A DNA stretch of 63,375 bases, filler included, from Chiloscyllium plagiosum (taxonomy: Eukaryota), in assembly GCF_004010195.1 (NCBI RefSeq). It is 4 parts of one record of this genome, joined end to end, with 100 filler letters (N's around TTAATTAATTAA, not from the genome) between each part and the next. Parts side by side here need not be neighbours in the genome. Positions count along the whole stretch, not along the records: positions 24,014 to 36,838 come from NC_057715.1; 3 more parts are not named here. One strand, given 5' to 3'. A program made the position numbers and the translations under genes. Position 1 is the stretch's first letter; each line of letters starts with the position of its first letter. Below the pieces are notes generated by a model. The model ran no database searches and was not told the origin of the DNA. It was given only the letters and a program-made list of their open reading frames with translations. Of this stretch, positions 24,014 to 34,010 are shown one piece after another.

Positions 24014-24487
24014 CACCGCCACTCCCTCACCACCAGATGCCTGGAGGAAGAACGCCTCATCTTCCGCCTCGGAACACTTCAACCCCAGGGCATCAATGTG
24101 GATTTTAACAGTTTCCTCATTTCCCCTTCCCCCACCTCATCCTAGTTTCAAACTTGCAGCTCCGCACTGTCCCCTTGACCTGTCCGGACTTGTCCGACCT
24201 GCCCAGCTCCTTTTCCACCTATCCACTCCCCCCTCTCCTCCCTGACCTATCACCTTCATCTCCTTCCCCACTGACCTATTGTACTCTATGCCACTCTCTC
24301 CCCACCCCCACCCTCCTCTAGCTTATCTCTCCACGCTTCAGGCTCTCTGCCTTTATTCCTGATGAAGGGCTTTTGCCCGAAACGTCGATTTTGCCTGTCC
24401 TTGGATGCTGCCTGAATTGCTGTGCTCTTCCAGCACCACTGATCCAGAATCTGGTTTCCAGCATCTGCAGTCATTGTTTTTACCTCT
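24014..24487 (+). mobile_element. Penelope-like element 3' end: GIY-YIG C-terminus plus pLTR with hammerhead
   Basis: HRHSLTTRCLEEERLIFRLGTLQPQGINVDFNSF, then a pyrimidine-rich UTR and CTGATGAAGGGCTTTTGCCCGAAACGTC at 24359-24386. Confidence 0.85.
24359..24386 (+). ncRNA. Minimal hammerhead ribozyme core
   Basis: CTGATGA-A-GGGC-TTTT-GCCC-GAAAC-GTC; all core positions intact. Confidence 0.75.
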
Positions 24488-24766
24488 TTGGATAGATTAC
24501 TGACCCCTTTACGTCCTCTTGTGTTTTTAAAAATTAGTAAGCATGGACAAACAGACAGACCTTCGAGGCCCACTTTCTGCTGCAAGAAGAGATTCCCACT
24601 CAGTAGCAACATCCACCCCTTTCTCCAGCCTCCCTTCACAGGCTATCCACAATCATCTCTCTCTGGGCGCACAGCAAATCTGGCCATTAAACTGAGGTGA
24701 CACCAGAAAACAAATCTGAGAAGCACTGGTTTTGGGATTAGTGAAGGTAGCAGAGATAGGGAGTCC

Positions 24767-25371
24767 AAAGTTTGTGAGAAGATTTGTAGCTCGGGTGCTC
24801 GTTGTTGTGGTTCTGTTCGCCGAGCTGGGAATTTGTGTTGGAGATGTTTCGTCCCTTGTCTAGGCGACATCCTCAGTGCTTGGGAGCCTCCTGTGAAGCG
24901 CTTCTGTGATGTTTCCTCCGGCATTTATAATGGTTTGTCTCTGCCACTTCCGGTTGTCAGTTCCAGCTGTCCACTGCAGTGGCCGGTATATTGGGTCCAG
25001 GTCGATGTGTTTGTTGATAGAATCTGTGGATGAGTGCCATGCTTCTAGGAATTCCCTGGCTGTTCTCTTTCCTTTGTCCTGGTGAATTGTTGTCCGAGAG
25101 TGGCTGTTGGATTGTGTGCTGCACCAGGACAAATGACCTGATATCCAGCATGAGCAAAACCAATGTAATGTACAAAATCCCATGCAAGGACTGCACAAAA
25201 CACTACATAGGGCAAACAGGAAGACAGCTAACGATCCGTATCCATGAACACCAACTAGCCACGAAACGACACGACCAGCTATCCTTAGTAGCCACACACG
25301 CAGATGACAAGCAACATGAGTTCGACTGGGACAATACTACTATTATAGGACAAGCCAAACAGAGAACAGCC
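24767..25371. mobile_element. Penelope-like element with an internal inversion (GIY-YIG endonuclease)
   Basis: Plus 25123-25371: NVMYKIPCKDCTKHYIGQTGRQLTIRIHEH...DNTTIIGQAKQRTA. Minus 25105-24767: RTAREFLEAWHS...SINKHIDLDPIY then pLTR with hammerhead at 24841-24879. Confidence 0.9.
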
Positions 25372-27584
25372 TGTTAAATTCTGAGCTGACAAGTTGGCTG
25401 CTGGGGTGGACTTTGACAATGTCAATTAAGGGGTGAGTGTGAAAAGGTAAACATTGTATTGCTGAACACAACAAGCAGTAATTTGCATTGTGAAAGAAAT
25501 CGATAATTATTAATGCTTCACAAATCATCAAAATGATTAAGTAAAATCTACACTGTCCACGCAAAAACTTGCTTCAAAAGGCTGATGGTTAGGATCTATA
25601 TCAGTTGATCCAAGGGAGAAATCTCCAGATACCATTAGAAATGAGTGATTATCTCATTGCCTTCAAAGAACCACAATTAGTTTCAACCTTTCTGTACACT
25701 TGAAAGCAGGGAAAAGAGCCTTCATCAAGGTAGTAATCTCAGTGAAAATTTGTTCTGCCAGCGTAAACTTCAATGCTGGGGATTAAGTGTACTACTTAAA
25801 AAAAAGAGAATGTTAGAATGATTGGAAGGGCCAAGGAAAATTCATAGGCTGTGACAGGATTAAAGAAATTCTCCAACACAGTAATCAAACTGTCACGGGA
25901 CATTCACTGAGGTTAATCAGGAATGACTATAAAATTGCAGAATCTGAAATATCAGCAATCGCTCTAAAAAAAGCTCAAATGAAATTAGATATGAAATGTA
26001 TCTTGAAAGTCGGTGGATTTTCAACTTGCCCAATCAGGATATTATTACCTCATTGTTGACAAGTATGAGGTGCAGATTATGGTAACTAAGGGATTAGATG
26101 CAATATCAAAATGATATTGATGCATAGGAGAAGGCTATTTATCCCAAAGAAAAACTACTGAAAGCTTTTTTTTATTCATTCATTTATTCATTTGTGGGAT
26201 GTGGGGGTTGCTGGCTGACCAACATTTATTGTCCGTCTGTAGTTGGCCTTGGGAAGGTGATGGTGAGCTGCCTTCTTGAACTGCTGCAGTCCACCTGGTT
26301 GACCCACAGTGCCATTAGGGTAACATATTACAACCAATGTCAGGACAAAAGGGAAAGTAAAACATTGAATAGATATTCGAGATTAATGACAAGAGATAAG
26401 ATCTAAGGACTGATAAAATAACATGAAAATGTGGAAAGCCAGGAAATGTAATGCAAGCTCCTCTAGTGAGTCTGGAAGCGACTGTAGTCATAGAAAAAGA
26501 TCTCAAACCTGATGCTAGAACATTTCCTTTCAAACATATAAAGATAGACATTAAGCAAAATGAGACAATGACCTTGCATCTGCAATCTTTGAGGAAGTAT
26601 GTCTCACAAACTTAGGTTAGGTCCTTGAAGAAAGCAAAAAAATTGCATCCAAAAAAGAACCAGACCAGTTAAGAAGTAAAGGAAGAAAGTCTGGATGCTG
26701 GGTGTCTGAAATTAAAGCGGAACATATTAGAGAAACTCAGCAGGTCAGGCAGTATCTGTCAAGACAGAAATATTGCAGGTGACATTTGTAAAGGTCAGGA
26801 GTTATCCTGCTTCTCTGTCTCTGCCCCTGAGATGGAAATGACACTAATCATTAACTGGTCGTGCAATTTAATGTGTAACCACTCCACAAGGTGGGAATTG
26901 CATTTGCTGATGAAACAGCATACCTTGGTCTGCCTGAGAAGCTGAAAATCGACCTTTGGAGAGGAATCCTGATTGAGGATTGAGTAAATAAAGAGATGTC
27001 TCCACTAGTGAGAGAGTCACTGACCAGAGAGACATAGCTTTAAGCTATTCAGCAAAAGTGTAAGACTGGGAGATAAGGTGAATGTGTGCTTTATAAACAC
27101 AACAAGTTGGGATTTGGAATGCGTTGCCTGAAAGGGCAGTGGAAGCAGATTCAGTTGTACGTTTCAAGAGTGAATTGGATAAATACTTGAAAAGAGGAAG
27201 AAAAAACCCTCGAGGGCTTTGGGGACAGGGAGTGGACTAATTGGATAGCTCTTTCATCGTGACAGCACAGACAAAATGGGCTGAATGGCCTCTTTCTGTT
27301 GTGTGTAATTCAATAGTTATTATTGAATGCTCCGCTCCACGCCCGCAGCCATGCGCCACCCAGCAACAGACCTCCCCATTGAATGGGATGCATCAAGTTT
27401 GCTGAACTTTGCATTTGACGCATAATTCCATACTGACAGGACAAGCTGGTTATTCAGATCCAGGATTGAGAATATGATTCAGGTCCATGCAGGAGCCATT
27501 GTCTGGGGTGTGACCAAGGCTAAACATCTGTCTCACTGTCTGTCTGTCTGGTTGAGTCTCTGGATCAGATTCTCTCTTTGACAC

Positions 27585-27865
27585 GCAGGAAGCTGGAGGA
27601 ACACAGCAAGCCAGGCAGCATCAGGAGGTGGAGAAGTTGACGTTTCGGGTGTAACCCTTCNNNCGAATCCGGTTGGTAACTGGAAGGTCAGATCAGTCAG
27701 AGCGATGGAAGGGGGGGTGGCGGGGCTGGAAAGGGAGTCGGGGGATGGGCGGGAAGGTTAAGGGTCATATCCAAAACGTTGACATCTCCACCTCCTGATG
27801 CTGCCTGACTTGCTGTGCTCTTCCAGCCTCCTGCCTGCCTACTTTGGATTCCAGCATTGCAGTTT
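27585..27865. mobile_element. Fold-back Penelope-derived element (small internal gap)
   Basis: Inverted arms GGCAGCATCAGGAGGTGGAGA.. / ..TCTCCACCTCCTGATGCTGCC; GAAGGGTTACACCCGAAACGTC on the minus strand. Confidence 0.7.
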
Positions 27866-28131
27866 TTTTTGTCTCTATCAGAGTCCATCAGGTACTGGTG
27901 GAATACCCTGTGTGATCTCAACCCTGGGAAGACTAGTACCTAGTATCACTAGGATGTGGCTACGCTTTAAAGGAAATGAAACTCAGATTTGAATTTAACA
28001 TAAAAATGATGAGAGTTAGTGGGTGAATGAGACTTTGAGACTGTTCCCTGTGTGGAGTTTTATTGACCAGGAGTGAACACCTAGAGAACTGACTTGGGGA
28101 GACTGTGCATGAGAGTTTTACAGCTTTAATT

Positions 28132-28452
28132 GGGTGGCACGGTGGCTCAGTGGTTAGCACTGCTGCCTCACAATGCCAGAGATCTGGGTTCAATTCCCAC
28201 CTCGGGTGACTGTCTGTGTGGAGTTTGCACATTCTCCCCATGTCTGCGTGGGTTTCCTCCTGGTTCTCCAGTTTCTGCCCACAGTCCAAAGATGTGCAGG
28301 TTAGGTGAATTTGCCATGCTAAATTGCCCGTAGTGTTCAGTGGATTAGTCAGGGGTAAATATAGGGTGGTGGGTTTCTCTTCGGGGAGTCGGTGTGGACT
28401 TGTTGGGTCGAAGGGCCTATTTCCACACTGCAGGTAATCCAACCTAATCTAA
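28132..28452 (+). mobile_element. HE1-type SINE
   Basis: A and B boxes, conserved core and tail as at 7886. Confidence 0.9.
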
Positions 28453-29227
28453 AACTCAGAGGAAAATCAGCTTTCTTCTTATTACTTCCTGGGATGTGGA
28501 TATCTCTGATAACTCTGAGTTTCATCTCATGGGATGTCGGTATCACAGAGTAAGCAAGTGTTTATTACGCATCCCTAATGCCCTCAACTATATGGTGATG
28601 AGCTGCCTTCATGAACTAGTGCAGACCATGTGGGGTAGATACACAGTTTATTGATTTTCGGAAACCATTTCAGAGGGTAGTTAAGGGCAAACCACATTAC
28701 TGTGAGTCTAGAGTTATGCATTGGCCAGGATGTGACCCAGGAACCCAAAGGGACATGCCTCAATCAGCTGGGATAACCTGCTAGTTTCACGTCTGGCTTT
28801 TACTGAGACCAGGTTTATATTTTCAGATTTTGAAACTGAATTCAACATCCCGGTGTGGGATTTGAACTCCCAATCTCTGCATTACCAGTCCACTAATGGA
28901 TATTGCCACATTGCCATACCTCTGCTCATTCTCCGACCATCTTTCCCACGGAGTGAGACTCGACATCCAGTTACTCCAAATTGACTCTAGAATCCATGGG
29001 TAATATTAAGATTACACTTTCGGGTTGGGAGGTCAGGGTGTGGAATGGGTGGTCAGGATGGGAGCGCCGAATAATAAAAAAAAATAGTAATGTTGTTTCC
29101 CTCTGATTCACAAACAAATCATAAAACCTAGATTGCCTTAATGTATCCCATTGTTTTCTCAACAATCTTGTGCATGCTTTACATCAGACGCGTATAATTA
29201 CGGTCGTGCCTTGATGCATTTATTTAC

Positions 29228-29335
29228 CTTTAGCTCCTCGATATCCTGGAAATCCCATGAATCCCTTTGGACCAGTTGAGCCGCCAGGACCTCGCGATCC
29301 TCTGTCTCCCACTAACCCGGGATAACCAGGAGAAC
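29228..29335 (-). CDS. COL4A2: Collagen IV alpha-2-class exon (108 bp, split Gly codons)
   Basis: aacag|(G)SPGYPGLVGDRGSRGPGGSTGPKGFMGFPGYRGAK(G)|gtaaat. Confidence 0.8.
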
Positions 29336-30036
29336 CTGTTGATCAAAGCAACCCAGCATCACTCCCACCTGAAAATGCACAAGGACTCGATTCTGGGTGA
29401 GGGAGGAAGGGGGCTTTGTCAGAAGCAGCGATGGGTAATATTAATTTGCCAGCTCTTTTCTTGGCCAGCCCGCCTGGTGTGGAACACTGGTGTTGTTTCA
29501 CTGTGTTTGCTACATCATAGCAGAGGCTACGATTGGCTCAGAAGCACCTTACGAATTCTGAGGGCACTTAATCACTAGAGAAATGCAGAGTCCACCCTTA
29601 CCTCACACTTTATCATTTTAGAAGGAAATGGAGCCTTACAGTGCTGGTCAAGTAGGAGGAAGGGGAGGATTTCGTTAGATGCTATTCCCCATCTCCTACC
29701 ATCTAACAACCTGCACTAATGTAGCAGGGCGAGGGGAGAGATGAAATCAGGGAAGAGAGATGGGAGGTGAAGGAGAGGTGAGATGAGGATGGGATAGGGA
29801 TGGAAATGGGAGAAGCCACGGTATTTGCTGCACTTCCCAGGCCACCGTACTGAAGCAGAGGCCCCCAGAGTAAATCACTGGCTGACTGAGCTGTTGAGTG
29901 TGGAAATGTGATTCAGAGAGGAATCAGCAACATCTGCCCTTCCACACAAAGGACACAATTTTAAATATTGTACCAGAGGTGGAGAGAACACACTCTCACA
30001 ATCCCGACTTGCTCCACATCAATGGCTTGTCACAGT

Positions 30037-30340
30037 TGCTCAGTGGTTAGCACTGCTGCCTCACATCTTTAGGTACCTGGGTTCGATTCCAGACTTGGGC
30101 AACTGTCTGGAGTTTGCACATTCTCCCCATGTCTGCGTGGGTTCCCTCCAGATGCTCTGGTTTCCTCCCACAATCCAAAGGTATGCAGGTTAGGTGGATT
30201 GGCAGTGCTAAATTGCCCATGGTGTGCAGGCGAGGTGGGTTAGCCATGGGAAATGCAAGGTTACAAGGATGGGGTGGGGTGCTCTTTGGAGGGCTGGTGT
30301 GGACTGGATGGGCCGAATGGCCACACTGTCGGGATTCTGT
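30037..30340 (+). mobile_element. HE1-type SINE
   Basis: GCTCAGTGGTTAGCACTGCTGCCTCAC head, core and tail. Confidence 0.85.
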
Positions 30341-30574
30341 CTCTTGGTGATGCTGACTAACTTTGGGAGCGTTGAAAGTCACACTGAGAATTGGCAACAC
30401 CCCACTAAATGGGGACACAAACCCTAGAGTTATTGTCAGGATGTATGAAGTATGCTGTATTCTTGTGAGTAGAGGTGTCGATACAGGAATAATGAATACA
30501 CGGGTGAGTAAATGGAATTTTAGTCTCCTGGTTCTTTGTACTCAGGCCAACGGGATCCACAGCATGATACTTAC

Positions 30575-30682
30575 CCTGTTTACCTGTGAACCCCTGATCA
30601 CCTAGAGATCCTTTCAGGCCCTCAATGCCTGGTTCTCCTGGAGATCCACGTTTGCCTGGTAGCCCAGGGGGACCCGATGCTC
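30575..30682 (-). CDS. COL4A2: Collagen IV alpha-2-class exon (108 bp)
   Basis: ttttag|(G)ASGPPGLPGKRGSPGEPGIEGLKGSLGDQGFTGKQ(G)|gtaagt. Confidence 0.8.
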
Positions 30683-30767
30683 CTAAAATGTAATGCACAG
30701 GGTTAACGTTGTCCTAGAATAAGCATGGACATCATCTGTTTGAGTGAAGACAATGACAAACACTGAC

Positions 30768-30842
30768 CTTTCAATCCTGGATCGCCAATTTTGCCCTTGT
30801 AACCAGGACTCCCTGGAATGTTAATCGTATCCCCTAGTTCAC
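30768..30842 (-). CDS. COL4A2: Collagen IV alpha-2-class exon (75 bp) with a triple-helix interruption
   Basis: ctgcag|(G)ELGDTINIPGSPGYKGKIGDPGLK(G)|gtcagt; GDTINIPG resembles the recalled COL4A2 interruption GDTINLPG. Confidence 0.8.
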
Positions 30843-31427
30843 CTGCAGTAAGTTGTGCAACAAAAGTGCTGAGTCATCAAAGAGTGAAACACTTGCACTA
30901 GTGCAAGAATAATAACACCTGTTTAACATACCCCTGTAGTTTGCAATTCATTTTCAACTTCCCACAGTTAACAACCCACTTCTTTATTCGTTCCAGAAAC
31001 ACAGCAACAGGAGGAGGCCATTCACCCCTTCAAATCTATCCCATCATTCAGTAATAGATAATGTACCTTAATTCCATTTACCTGCCTGCTCAATGATTTT
31101 AGCCAACAAACATCTATCACAATAAAGGCAAAATATTGAAAATATGAAACAGAGAATGCTGGAGAAACTCAGCAGGTCAGGCAGCACGTGTGGAGGGAGA
31201 AACAAGAGTTCATATTTCACATCGAGAATGACTTCTTCAGAAGAGATTCCAAAGAAGAGTAATATCAGACTCGAAAGCTTACTTCTGTTTGACTCTTTAC
31301 AGATACTTCCAGGCCTGCTGGGCTTCTCCAGAACTACTCTGCATTTGTTAAAAATCTACCAATCTCAGTTTAGACATTTTTAATTGATCACCAACTTCAT
31401 TATTTTTGGGCTGAGAGTTCTGACAGA

Positions 31428-31754
31428 GGTTATAGTGTGGACAGGTCATTCGGTCCATCAAGTCCACACTGGACCTTCCAAAGAGCATCCCACCCAGACC
31501 CAACACTCCCCTATCCTATCTCTGTAAACCTGTCCTTCCCATGTCTAACCCGCTGAACCTGCACACTATGGGCAATTTAGCATAGCCAATCCACCTGACC
31601 TGTACATCTTTGGACAGTGGAAGGACACCGCAGCACCCGGAGGAAACCCACACAGACACAGGGAGAACATGCAAACTCCACACAGACAGTCGCCCAAGGC
31701 TGGAATTGAACCGGCTGTGAGGCAGCAGTGCTAACCACTGAGCCACCGTGCCAT
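31428..31754 (-). mobile_element. HE1-type SINE
   Basis: Reverse complement of the full SINE including the head. Confidence 0.88.
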
Positions 31755-32687
31755 CCTCACTTCGTTGACTGGAAATTACAGGGATGACTTTCCTCTCCTT
31801 GGATTTGGTGGTGAGAACAACAAATAACTGGGCAGTGTTGCGCATCAGAGATGTGAGTACCCTTTCCACCTCAGCAAGTAAGTTCTGGGAGAAATGTCCT
31901 TCTTGATCTGCCACCTATAAAAACCTTGAAGAGATCAATTATGAGCTGCTTAAGGGTCTGAACTCAGCACCAGTGAGCACCTGCTACCCTTGTAAGTGGG
32001 AAAATCAGCTGTTTTCAAATCAGGAAAATCCGGGGCTATCTGGTTGCAGTGTAGCAGGGTGTCCTCTGTTTGCCAGGTATTTTGCATCAGTCTTAAGAGA
32101 GAGGATACCAGTGACATGCTAGAAACAACGATAGATCAGGAAATGGAATGGAGAAAGGAATGATAGAAAATCACAAGTGGGAGAGTCTAGAAATCAGTGA
32201 CACTGCTTAAAAATCAGGGATTGCCCATTTAAAGCGGAGATTAAGTGAATTCCATTTCCCTCAGAGGGTCACATGTTTTGCAACTATCTTCCTGCAAAGG
32301 TAGAAGTAGCTGAAAGTCCTTGAAAATTTATAAGACGGAGTTGGATAACTTCTTGTTAAGCAAGGGGCTGAAAAGTTATCAGTTTGTGTGGAAATACAGA
32401 TCTGAGGTTACAGTCAGGTCAGCCATATTAAATGACAGAGGAGGCATGAGGAGCCAAATGGGCTGTTCCCTAGCGGGTGCATTGAGGGTCAGTAATGAAC
32501 CAAGGAGGGGGTAAATGAAGCCACCCCACTGTCTCCCCATCTCACCACAGACCACAACCAGAGAACCCTGCCCCCATTGAAAGAAAATTGACCTGCCCGA
32601 CATCATGGCCCTTCCCAGCTAGGCCTTCCACAGTGGTCTCCAGTTCCCAATGGCTGCCGGCCTCTGATTGGCCAGCCACCTCAGGCA

Positions 32688-33043
32688 GGGAGGGCATGGA
32701 TAGGGTAAATAGACAGGGGCTGTTCCCTGGAGTGGGAGAGTCCAGAATTAGATGGCATAGTTTTAGGGTGAGAGGGAAAAGATTTAAATGGAACCTAAGG
32801 GGCAACCTTTTCACACAGAGGGTGGTGTGGATATGAAATGAGCTGCCAGAGGAAGTGGTGGAGGTCAGTACAATTACAACATTTAAAAGGCATCTGGATG
32901 GGGACTTGAATAGGAAGGTTTTAGAGGGATATGGGCCAAATGCTGGCAAATGGGACTTGATTAGGTTAGGATATATGGTTGGCATGGACGAGTTAGACCA
33001 AAAGGCCTGCTTCTGTGCTGTACATCTCTGTAACTCTATGACT
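32688..33043 (+). mobile_element. CR1 3' end
   Basis: GMDRVNRQGLFPG..RGNLFTQRVV; (CTCTATGA) tail. Confidence 0.88.
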
Positions 33044-33572
33044 TCAGTGACACAGCTCCTGATTGGATGCGGAGCTCAAACAGGTTGACCTGTTGAGCTT
33101 TCTGATTGGTGGGGAATTAGTCAATCCTGTTGTTGTCTGCCCCACCCACTTGTGTGGAGCAATTCATCCTGAAGGTGAACTTGATATTTCTCCCACAGCT
33201 GCTGCATGACCTGCTGAGTATTTTCAGCTATTTCTGTTTTAATTCAGGTTTCTCAACTCTTTGTAGAAACAAAGAATCAGTGAAAATGGGAGCAGGACTA
33301 CACCATTCATCCCTTCATGCCTGCTCCACCATTGCGTACATGTGATGTGAGGAAATGTCTCCTAACAGCATCCCTGAATGCTGCCTTGTTCTGGATTCCA
33401 TCCCCTTTCACTCCTTTATCCTGCGAAACAGCACAATTAGGTCACCCCTTGAACGTCAGACTGAGACAGTCACCAAACATCCAACACCAATTGGAAAATA
33501 TTGCCCACCTTTTTCAGGGAGAGCGGAATCTAATCAGACCGTGTTGTTGGAAATTGTCCTGTTTTTACTCAC

Positions 33573-33636
33573 CTTTCAGTCCGGGTGAGCCTGGGATACC
33601 GAGCCGCCCAGGCAGGCCGGGGTTTCCTGAGACGCC
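33573..33636 (-). CDS. COL4A2: Collagen IV alpha-2-class exon (64 bp, phase 0 to 1)
   Basis: ttccag|GVSGNPGLPGRLGIPGSPGLK(G)|gtgagt; phase-compatible with the 75, 108 and 108 bp exons. Confidence 0.8.
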
Positions 33637-33744
33637 CTGGAATGAAACTGTTGCAATTTAACAAAAGAAATGTGAAATTTGAAAGAACCAGCCACTTATC
33701 TGAACACTCCACAATAAAGGACATTAGAAGTGGAATTTTTGATG

Positions 33745-34010
33745 TCGGAAAGCTGGAGGCAATTTGGGCACAGAAGCTCCCACGAACAGCGATGTGGGAT
33801 TGACTGGAAAATCAGTTTCAGACACCAAAAAAAAAATTGACCTCAGGAAAAAAACTTGCTCTTTGTTGCATCACCCAGATGGCAATGCACATGCTGTTTG
33901 TGTTTGTGGTTTGTAGAGTGTTAATTTCAAGGCATCTGAAACAGCAGACAGAGCCTCATTTAAATATTTCAAAGATTGTACTTCTGACAGTGCAGCGCTC
34001 CCTCTGTACT
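33745..34010 (-). mobile_element. Deu-domain SINE remnant running directly into the satellite
   Basis: GCAATTTGGGCACAGAAGCTCCCACGAACAGC...GCAGACAGAGCCTCATTTAA...AAAGA...CTGACAGTGCAGC is collinear with the reverse complement of the recalled Deu-SINE consensus. Confidence 0.65.

Noticed and set aside
26420..26460. Possible further collagen exon (FPGFP on the minus strand)
   Set aside because: No sustained Gly-X-Y and no splice sites.
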